This document shows positions 48,150-54,684 of a stretch of 54,684 bases of DNA, piece after piece (positions within the stretch are counted from its first letter, which is position 1; each line of letters begins with the position of its first letter). This DNA is from a virus. The stretch lies in the UHGV virus genome UHGV-0199215. One strand, written 5' to 3'. The position numbers and the translations under genes are program-made. The notes below the pieces were generated by a model. That model saw nothing but the letters and a program-made list of their open reading frames with translations, did no database searches and was not told the DNA's origin.

Positions 48150-48575
48150 TTAATATATTTCTTCGTATTCGTAACTAAGTACAACGTTTGTTAAAAACCA
48201 CGCGTTATCACGACCCTGATGACGAATATCAACACTCGTGTAAATTAACGGGCGATCCTGCCAGATACCTTCAAATAATTTTGCAAGCCGATCCGCAATA
48301 TCAATACTCAAAGTGTCCATACCATACTGAGCAGGTGTGCGTACCTGTAAAAAAACATTTCCTGTTCTTAAACGACGACGACAAACACCTTCCCCACCCA
48401 GCGTGGTTATTGTCCACGGACCGGGATTGTGTGTCAGAATCAGACCGGGTTTTTCTGTAGTGTCATCAGGGAGTTGACCAGAAGCGATTGTAAATCTGTC
48501 AGGCGTAATTTCCACGGGGAGATTCGCCAGAACGCGATTATAAACAATTCCTGAAACATCTGAGAGTGTCATCAC
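48150..48575 (-). CDS. tail completion / head-tail joining protein
   Basis: Position between head and tail modules. Confidence 0.4.
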   Translation of the reverse strand: MMTLSDVSGIVYNRVLANLPVEITPDRFTIASGQLPDDTTEKPGLILTHNPGPWTITTLGGEGVCRRRLRTGNVFLQVRTPAQYGMDTLSIDIADRLAKLFEGIWQDRPLIYTSVDIRHQGRDNAWFLTNVVLSYEYEEIY

Positions 48576-49042
48576 TGATTAAACCTCACCATTATTCCGG
48601 CTTTTAATATAGCACGTTCGACAAACCCGGAAGGTGTCTGTGTACTGCTACCACCATTGAGAACCCCAATGTAAGGAACGTTGTTAGTAATATGCAGTTC
48701 CTGACCATTAACTTTAATACTGCTGATAGTGACCGTATCCTGTTCGATACGTGCTTTACTGGCTTCAACATTACCTGTTGGTGTATCAGGACTATTAGCG
48801 GGTTGTCCCTGATCGAACCACCAGTTGTTACTTGCCCAGCCTATATCCACAGGTGTACCGTCAGGTGGTTCACTGACAAGAATGTTACGTAACGTCAGGA
48901 CATACCGGATGACTTCACGATCGGTAAAATCTCGCAGGTCGGCTTTAATGTCTTTAAAGACACCTGTTATCCGGTTTATATCGTTAACGTTAGCCTTAGC
49001 CATATCAGGCCGCTCCAACAGGGTGAATAAATGCCATATCAT
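48572..49042 (-). CDS. head-tail joining protein
   Basis: Position; overlapping starts and stops with neighbours. Confidence 0.4.
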   Translation of the reverse strand: MIWHLFTLLERPDMAKANVNDINRITGVFKDIKADLRDFTDREVIRYVLTLRNILVSEPPDGTPVDIGWASNNWWFDQGQPANSPDTPTGNVEASKARIEQDTVTISSIKVNGQELHITNNVPYIGVLNGGSSTQTPSGFVERAILKAGIMVRFNQ

Positions 49043-49382
49043 CCCCTAACAATCGTGGGTTTTGACGATCAAGAAGGCGATATTCTTTACCACGTTCATC
49101 AACCACAACATCCCCCCGATCGGGAACGAATCGTGGTTCAAAACTCTGACTATCCATAATTACCATCGTCGTAGTTATCCTGGTCATAGTAGTCGGATCC
49201 CATTTTTCTAATGGGTAAATATAACCACGACAGGTGTGTGATTCAGTAACGGTTGTACCCGGTAATGTAGGATTAGACGGGTTGGGAACTGTTGTCACAC
49301 GTTTTACCGTCAAATCCTCACCTACTTCAGCAAGTGCACGAGTAACACCATTCAGGACACTTTGACGTTTGTCTGCCATCAC
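49005..49382 (-). CDS. head-tail joining protein
   Basis: Position in module. Confidence 0.4.
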   Translation of the reverse strand: MMADKRQSVLNGVTRALAEVGEDLTVKRVTTVPNPSNPTLPGTTVTESHTCRGYIYPLEKWDPTTMTRITTTMVIMDSQSFEPRFVPDRGDVVVDERGKEYRLLDRQNPRLLGDDMAFIHPVGAA

Positions 49383-49789
49383 CGTTCACCCTCGTTAAGT
49401 GCACGACCACCGCTTTCAAGTGTTACAGGTGGGTTGTCGAACTGACCACGTTGAATAGCAGGTTGCATACCAGCGCCAGTTAATGTAGCTCCACCAACAC
49501 CCATAAAACCACCTAACAAACCACCACCTGAATCAGCGCCAGTATTAATGCGTAAAATAAAATCTTTTTTAAGTTTATTCCAGGCGTCTGCTGACTGACT
49601 ACTGCTGAGTGAGATCGGACCTACTTTAATGTCAGTATCGTTGCTGGCAATAGACGCCATATAATCACAGAGAGCGACGCAAATACTGAGAGGATTTGTA
49701 TAACCGTTGTCAATGTACCACTGAATTTGTTCATCAGTAACATCAGGGACACTGATCAAATAACGAATACCTTCAACTGTAATAGCCAT
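49379..49789 (-). CDS. head-tail connector / adaptor protein
   Basis: Start moved to ATG 49789 (after AGGTGA) because the longer ORF reads through an intrinsic terminator. Confidence 0.4.
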   Translation of the reverse strand: MAITVEGIRYLISVPDVTDEQIQWYIDNGYTNPLSICVALCDYMASIASNDTDIKVGPISLSSSQSADAWNKLKKDFILRINTGADSGGGLLGGFMGVGGATLTGAGMQPAIQRGQFDNPPVTLESGGRALNEGER

Positions 49790-49828
49790 GTGATCACCTG
49801 TGAGAAATGTTTTCGTTATATTAGCACG

Positions 49829-49854
49829 AAAAAAAGCCGTCTTAAACAGACGGC
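49829..49854 (-). terminator. rho-independent terminator
   Basis: gccgtctgtttaagacggc hairpin followed by U7 on the minus strand. Confidence 0.65.
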
Positions 49855-50415
49855 AAATGGCTCTGGGTGATAATGAGGGTTTTACATAACTGGTCATCCA
49901 CACCTGATGTCCCAACATACCCCTATGCGTGACCCGTGAATAACCAGTTATGTAAAACGACACGCAGTTCAGGATGTTTCACAACATGCTTTACCCACGA
50001 TTTGCGGCTTTCCCGCCAGCAAGATAAGGATCACCTCCTTATCAGCGAGTGTTTGGGTTGTGGCGGTCGGTGCTGAACCCCGACTTAATGACGATAGGCG
50101 TGTACCGACGCCTCGTTTTACTTCCTCCGCTTTCACGGCTTCACCCTAGACCAGCTTTACGAAATCCTCGTAAACCTAACCGCGGCAGATATGACCGGCA
50201 CGGTGTGCCATATCACGGACCGGCGGGTGTCTCGTTCACCTGATTAACGCATCAGCCTGCGTATTCACCACAACGATAAGAGCACTGAGATGTATGATAA
50301 TCGTCGCAGCACCACTTTAAACAACTCAATGCTCTTACCTGTTGTGTGCCGGTTACGTTTATCCGGCGTCTTTCGACCGATTAAGTGATAGTGTCTGCTA
50401 TGCAGTTCTGTCACT
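49855..50415 (-). ncRNA. candidate structured non-coding RNA (GC-rich, promoter-to-terminator unit)
   Basis: No credible ORF; at least five hairpins in 50023-50214 plus a 12-bp long-range stem; minus-strand promoter-like site upstream and terminator downstream. Confidence 0.4.
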
Positions 50416-50421
50416 GACTTA

Positions 50422-50450
50422 ACAATAGGTCAAGAATAGTTATATGTCAA
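50422..50450 (-). promoter_or_regulatory. promoter-like site (partial match to conserved family)
   Basis: Reverse complement gives TTGACA, 17 nt spacer, TATTGT. Confidence 0.4.
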
Positions 50451-50783
50451 GCCTTGTGATTCACACCATTCAGCAGCGGCACTTTTACTACTAAACGATT
50501 CTGAATTCATCGGCATACCCATAACATAAACGTTATAGGTTTTTGGCGCGTCACGTCGGATTTCAGCAGCTGTGGTTGATGCCGATTCTTCGGTTGCTAC
50601 AGTCACTGGTTCTTCAATGGTCACAGTAGCTGGTTCAATGTGGCGCATACGCACAAGGGCATTTAAAACAGCCGGGATAGCTTTTGATGTTGATACTTTA
50701 TCGCCAGCGGACATCTGTTTACCATTCCACAGCATCGGACGGGTGAAAACATATTTCAGTGACGGATCATATGAATTACGCAT
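50430..50783 (-). CDS. hypothetical head-associated protein
   Basis: ATG 50783 after GAGGT; follows major capsid gene and its terminator. Confidence 0.45.
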   Translation of the reverse strand: MRNSYDPSLKYVFTRPMLWNGKQMSAGDKVSTSKAIPAVLNALVRMRHIEPATVTIEEPVTVATEESASTTAAEIRRDAPKTYNVYVMGMPMNSESFSSKSAAAEWCESQGLTYNYS

Positions 50784-50796
50784 GATTTTAACCTCA

Positions 50797-50824
50797 TAAA
50801 AAAGGGGCAGCATAAGCCACCCCT
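50797..50824 (-). terminator. terminator after major capsid gene
   Basis: ggggtggcttatgctgcccc hairpin followed by U6 on the minus strand. Confidence 0.55.
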
Positions 50825-50844
50825 TAATGATATCACAGTTGTTA

Positions 50845-51864
50845 TTAAACCGCGTCGTAGAACAGAACGCCCAGGTCAGGTGCAACCATCTGAACATCAA
50901 TGGCAAATTCCGCTTCAACGAAATTACCACGGCGACCTTCAACACCCGGATAGGTGCGGATAGACGGACCGTTGTTAACACCCAGACCGATGAATTCGTT
51001 CCACACGAAGCCAGCAGCAGCAACAGGTTTCATGTTACCAACAGTCGGTTCAACATAGTTGAGCATCAGCACACCAGTTTTAGCAAACTGGAAGTCTGAC
51101 ATCGGATTGCCGTCACCGTCTTCAACGCCATCAGCAGCCATGTTGACCACGGATTGCATGATTTCCAGTTCGTCAACTTCCAGCAGTGCAGCCAGTGCCT
51201 GTTTAGTCACGATCCCCGGATTCTGAGTGGTAGAACCACCGTTAATGCGGTCAATAACAGCCGGGCTACGGGTCAGTGCGTCATACACGTCCAGCGTCAT
51301 CAGTGCTTTGTTCCAGCGACGACCACCGGATGCCAGAGAGAACGCAACACGACGTGACAGGATATCACCAATCGGATCGGCATTCGCATTAGACCATTTC
51401 AGGAATTGACCCGTGGACGGAGACGCGTCTTTACCCTGGAAATCAAGACCCCATTTACCAGCGGTCAGGAATTTTTCAGCAAAATCCACTTCTTTGTTGA
51501 TCAGTAACGCATCTGTGGTTACTGCAGACGCTTCCATATCCAGTTGCTGACCGTTCTGAACGTTTGCACGTTTTTTGTCAGAAATGAAGATACGGATCGC
51601 ATCGTCATCAACGGTGTAACCCTGGTTTTTGGTTTTGTAACCAATAGTGTTAGCAACACCATCTTCGGCACGTTTGGAGTTAACCGGACGACCGAAATAC
51701 CCTTTCGGGTAAGTCAGAAACTTACCAGCAGCCTGATTAACAGGAACTACCGGGAAATAACGAGTGCCGACAAACAGTGATGTATCCTGCCAGTAACTTA
51801 CAGAAAAATTAGACAGGAATGTATCTGGTGCGCCAACGTCGCGAAAATTCTGTTTGTAACTCAT
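50845..51864 (-). CDS. major capsid protein
   Basis: 339 aa; position after decoration and scaffold genes; strong terminator follows. Confidence 0.75.
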   Translation of the reverse strand: MSYKQNFRDVGAPDTFLSNFSVSYWQDTSLFVGTRYFPVVPVNQAAGKFLTYPKGYFGRPVNSKRAEDGVANTIGYKTKNQGYTVDDDAIRIFISDKKRANVQNGQQLDMEASAVTTDALLINKEVDFAEKFLTAGKWGLDFQGKDASPSTGQFLKWSNANADPIGDILSRRVAFSLASGGRRWNKALMTLDVYDALTRSPAVIDRINGGSTTQNPGIVTKQALAALLEVDELEIMQSVVNMAADGVEDGDGNPMSDFQFAKTGVLMLNYVEPTVGNMKPVAAAGFVWNEFIGLGVNNGPSIRTYPGVEGRRGNFVEAEFAIDVQMVAPDLGVLFYDAV

Positions 51865-51867
51865 CGG

Positions 51868-52278
51868 TTATGCTCCTTTAGAATACGGTGCAATAAGTAA
51901 TGCGGTAACTACCTGGTTTTCAGCAGTGGCACCAGTTTGAGAAATAGCCACAACCAGTTGTTCAGCAATAGCGGTCTGGAATCGTCCGTCAGCACCAACA
52001 GCAAGTTCGACACCTGTGGCGAACGTTGCAGCGGCTTTTACTGGTACGAATTTTTCTTTTTCATTCACCAGATCAAAGAATACACCAGCAGTAGCATCAT
52101 CAACAGCTACACCGTCGATACGACCGCCAGCCGTTGGGAGTTTGTATTTAGGTACACACTGGTTAGTGTCACCTAAACTGGTATCCAGAACAAGACCAAC
52201 ACCTGCCGAAATAGCCACGGATGCAACGGCACGGGTCGGGCGCTCATAGTTCCAGTAGATTTTGCTGTTCTTAGCCAT
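51868..52278 (-). CDS. head decoration protein (putative)
   Basis: 136 aa, Ala/Gly/Val-rich, immediately upstream of capsid gene. Confidence 0.45.
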   Translation of the reverse strand: MAKNSKIYWNYERPTRAVASVAISAGVGLVLDTSLGDTNQCVPKYKLPTAGGRIDGVAVDDATAGVFFDLVNEKEKFVPVKAAATFATGVELAVGADGRFQTAIAEQLVVAISQTGATAENQVVTALLIAPYSKGA

Positions 52279-53537
52279 TATTCGTCACCTCGCATCGCTT
52301 CGATTGCTTCCTGACCTTTTTTAGTTGCAGAAATGGCCTGCATAGCCTGGGTGCGTGTTTTACCCGGATTTGCTTTCAGCCATTCGTTGATCATGTCTTC
52401 CAGTGCACTGGAACCTTTACCACTGCCATTCGGCGCGGCTGGCTCTTTACGTGCTTTCCAGAGTTCATCGGCCTGTTTGAGTTTTTCAACCAGGAAGTTA
52501 CGATCCGCTTCCGGCAAACGCTCAAGAGTCATGACCATCTGGGTTTTCTGTACCATTTCACCCGGGATGTGTGCGAAATCAGTGTTCACGGTTTCTTTAG
52601 CTTTCGCCAGTGCCGCTTCGGTCTGTGCTTTGCGAAGTTGTTCGTCCTGAGATTTCAGAACGTCATACATCGGACCAGCTACAGATTTCTGAACAACCTG
52701 ACCAGCAATCGTGGTAAATGATTCATCAGCCTGTTTAGCCATCGTCACGAGGGCATCGCGAGCAGTCGCATCCATTTTACGGAATGCTTCCTGATCAGAT
52801 TCAGGCAGAGAATTATGATACGCCTTATGGACGTCGTTCATCTCAGCCAGGGCTTTGTATTTTTCCAGTTCGGACATTTCGATTTCCTCTGCCGTTTTTA
52901 AAACTTGAGGTACTTCCTGGTCCGGGTGTAATTTTTCCCACGCGGATCGGACTTTGTTTTTCACACCTGCTAAATCGGCTTCAGGGATTTCAACTTTGTT
53001 ACCGCGATAACCCGGACCTAATGCAGCAAGTGCAGCGCCTACAATACGCGCATCAGGTTCACCGCCAGGGGTAGCTGTTAAACGAAGTTTCCAGGTTGAA
53101 GGTTTTTCTGGATCTGGTACATATGCATAATCAGATGCCGGAAAAACTTTACCGTCTTCAGTTTTGCCACCTTTCGCTTTATTCATCGAAATACCAGCGG
53201 CCTGTTGCAACGTTATAATATATTCATTTACCGCGTCACGCAATGCTGCTTGTTTATCGGTAATAGAATCATCTTTTGCAATATCCTCTGCTGCTTCATA
53301 AAGCGCATCGTTCAACATCCACGAATTAGAGAGGAAATCACGAACTTTCTGTTCAAGTTCTTTTTCAGCCAGTGCCGCACTGAATGTTGACTTTAAAAGA
53401 GCAACGGTAGGTGGTTCTGAATGTGATTTAAGAACAAGAGCGTTTGCTCCCTCGTGAGCAGGTTTTGTCACGCCGGACAGAAAACCGATCTTCATCGATT
53501 TAGCGCGGCGTAAATGATTAGTACCATCTGTACGCAT
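52278..53537 (-). CDS. capsid scaffolding protein (possibly protease-scaffold fusion)
   Basis: 419 aa with long Glu/Lys/Ala-rich helical C-terminal half. Confidence 0.5.
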   Translation of the reverse strand: MRTDGTNHLRRAKSMKIGFLSGVTKPAHEGANALVLKSHSEPPTVALLKSTFSAALAEKELEQKVRDFLSNSWMLNDALYEAAEDIAKDDSITDKQAALRDAVNEYIITLQQAAGISMNKAKGGKTEDGKVFPASDYAYVPDPEKPSTWKLRLTATPGGEPDARIVGAALAALGPGYRGNKVEIPEADLAGVKNKVRSAWEKLHPDQEVPQVLKTAEEIEMSELEKYKALAEMNDVHKAYHNSLPESDQEAFRKMDATARDALVTMAKQADESFTTIAGQVVQKSVAGPMYDVLKSQDEQLRKAQTEAALAKAKETVNTDFAHIPGEMVQKTQMVMTLERLPEADRNFLVEKLKQADELWKARKEPAAPNGSGKGSSALEDMINEWLKANPGKTRTQAMQAISATKKGQEAIEAMRGDE

Positions 53538-53947
53538 TATTCCACATCCTCATAATATGCAGTTCCGCCAATGGAATATCCAGTATATTCACCAGTCTGA
53601 AACTTTTTCAAAACTTCGTCATCAGTTATCAACGTGCCAACAATGACGCCTGTCTGATCCAGTTTATCAACCAGACCAAAACTTGCCGCAATGTCTTCAG
53701 TCATCGGGAACGCAAACACAACTTTCCCAACAGGTTGTTCATTGTGCATATTGTCCATGATGCGCTGATCAGAATTCATGAAGTCCATCCATGCTTTCAG
53801 GGTGACATCCTCGGGAAATTGCTCGTTGTCCGTGTCTGTGTAAATTTCTAACTGACCTGTCTCCTGATTACGTTTTTTACAGATGCTACCCCAACCGAAT
53901 ACCATACGTAGTGAGTTGTCAACCTTATTAACTTTTACGTTAATCAC
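53537..53947 (-). CDS. hypothetical head-module protein
   Basis: 136 aa; position between MuF-like gene (across window join) and scaffold. Confidence 0.4.
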   Translation of the reverse strand: MINVKVNKVDNSLRMVFGWGSICKKRNQETGQLEIYTDTDNEQFPEDVTLKAWMDFMNSDQRIMDNMHNEQPVGKVVFAFPMTEDIAASFGLVDKLDQTGVIVGTLITDDEVLKKFQTGEYTGYSIGGTAYYEDVE

Positions 53948-54291
53948 GGGGATTGTCCTCGTATTGTTTCAACATGACTAAATTCTAACATTTCGGATGA
54001 ATAATTGCACTGGTGATACACGCTGTTTACAACGTTACCGAATATCTCAGAAAGATTCTTGATCGGTTCAACAGCAGTCGTTACTGGTTCAACAGCAGTC
54101 GTTACTGGTTCAACACCGTCCAGATGTTCAGCGACAACCTGGAAAAACACTGTGTTAGTTTCACGGTCAATAATAACCACTGTGCTGGAACTATCTTCAA
54201 CAATGCTGAATGAGTAGTCGTAACGATCACCGTGAACTTTACGGGCGCGACGAATGAATTCGTCTGTAGCAACTCTGATGTTCGGATCCAT
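53944..54291 (-). CDS. small protein with homing-endonuclease-like N-terminal motif and internal tandem repeat
   Basis: KVHGDRYDYS...VVAEHLDG motif; VEPVTTAVEPVTTAVEP repeat; ATG 54291 after AGAAGGG. Confidence 0.4.
   Translation of the reverse strand: MDPNIRVATDEFIRRARKVHGDRYDYSFSIVEDSSSTVVIIDRETNTVFFQVVAEHLDGVEPVTTAVEPVTTAVEPIKNLSEIFGNVVNSVYHQCNYSSEMLEFSHVETIRGQSP
54065..54120. repeat. 21-bp tandem repeat, about 2.6 copies
   Basis: ggttcaacagcagtcgttact repeated at 54065, 54086 and partially at 54107. Confidence 0.85.
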
Positions 54292-54321
54292 ACCTTCAAC
54301 CCTTCTTGTTTTCTTGACCAC

Positions 54322-54362
54322 AGGGTAGTTGTGTCGATGTAATCCGTCAAGAATTATTTTAC
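54322..54362 (-). promoter_or_regulatory. conserved phage promoter (minus strand), weak -10
   Basis: Reverse complement gives TAAAATAATTCTTGACGG; -10 region poor. Confidence 0.5.
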
Positions 54363-54456
54363 GTATAGATTCATGAGAAGTATGCGACTCCCTATACCTT
54401 TTAAACCTCTTCTACTTACAACGACTTTTACTACTTATACCACTCTTCTATTTATT

Positions 54457-54543
54457 TATGTTTTCTATGTCATCTATAAAAAGATAATAAAAAGAATAAG
54501 ATAGAGAGGGGTTGGTCAAAAAATAAACATGACGAAATCTATG
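54457..54543. repeat. 87-bp conserved intergenic element, copy B
   Basis: About 93 percent identical to 16685..16771. Confidence 0.7.
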
Positions 54544-54557
54544 AATCTATGATCTAC

Positions 54558-54643
54558 TAATACAGAACGTGTATTAGCTGCAACTCAAAATCATGAAACC
54601 TATGTAAAACCATGTGTAGCTAATACAGAACGTGTATTAGCTA
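54558..54643. promoter_or_regulatory. two palindromic operator-like sites
   Basis: TAATACAGAACGTGTATTA at 54558-54576 and TAGCTAATACAGAACGTGTATTAGCTA at 54617-54643. Confidence 0.5.
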
Positions 54644-54647
54644 TATC

Positions 54648-54684
54648 TTTAAAATAATTCTTGACGAATTACAGACGGTAGGGT
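54648..54684 (+). promoter_or_regulatory. conserved phage promoter, truncated by window end
   Basis: CTTTAAAATAATTCTTGACGAATTACAG; -10 lies beyond the window. Confidence 0.55.

Noticed and set aside
49790-49963. Longer version of the head-tail connector ORF starting at 49963
   Set aside because: The extension reads straight through a strong intrinsic terminator hairpin and has no ribosome-binding site; the ATG at 49789 preceded by AGGTGA is the more plausible start.
50028-50041. Plus-strand GGATCACCTCCTTA, identical to the 3' end of 16S rRNA
   Set aside because: Only 14 nt match and the flanking sequence does not resemble 16S; it is better read as the complement of a Shine-Dalgarno-like sequence on the transcribed minus strand.
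50049-50243. Plus-strand 64-aa ORF inside the GC-rich region
   Set aside because: Arg/Pro-rich low-complexity translation typical of GC-rich non-coding sequence; no ribosome-binding site; opposite to local transcription direction.
54311-54321. GTG start at 54321 for the endonuclease-like ORF
   Set aside because: It lies upstream of the predicted minus-strand promoter's transcription start; the ATG at 54291 with AGAAGGG upstream is preferred.
1-54684. Lysogeny module (integrase, CI/Cro switch, attP)
   Set aside because: No tyrosine or serine recombinase-sized ORF or repressor-like gene was recognised; the ParB-like protein alone is not evidence of a plasmid-prophage lifestyle. A module outside the window cannot be excluded.

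Overview
The window looks like a near-complete genome of a tailed dsDNA phage with a siphovirus-type morphogenesis module; no integrase or CI-like repressor was recognised, so it is probably virulent. All calls come from reading the ORF translations and the DNA by eye; no searches or structure predictions were run. Read on the minus strand across the window ends, the order is canonical: small terminase (15756-16391), large terminase (9476-11239), portal (6430-7785), MuF-like head morphogenesis protein (1573-2532), then scaffold, decoration and major capsid protein (50845-53947), head-tail joining genes, major tail protein, G/GT chaperone pair with a -1 slippery site, tape measure (42845-45760) and tail tip proteins, with a convergent plus-strand tail fibre (36945-38933). 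A minus-strand lysis cassette (T5-like L-Ala-D-Glu endolysin, holin-like proteins, overlapping Rz/Rz1) sits at 35498-36918. Replication genes are split between a minus-strand block (SF2 helicase, DEDD exonuclease, VRR-NUC nuclease, primase-helicase) and a plus-strand block (Cas4-like nuclease, SSB-like protein, DNA polymerase, Dam-like methyltransferase). About 13 copies of one conserved promoter (TTTAAAATAATTCTTGAC-G/A-GATTACA) drive plus-strand cassettes of small genes that are wedged between the minus-strand packaging genes. The most interesting items are a GC-rich, hairpin-dense non-coding unit between the capsid and head-tail genes (49855-50415), two homologous divergent control regions carrying an 87-bp repeat and palindromic operator-like sites, a SpoT-type HD (p)ppGpp hydrolase, and a C5-methyltransferase-like gene with an atypical catalytic motif.
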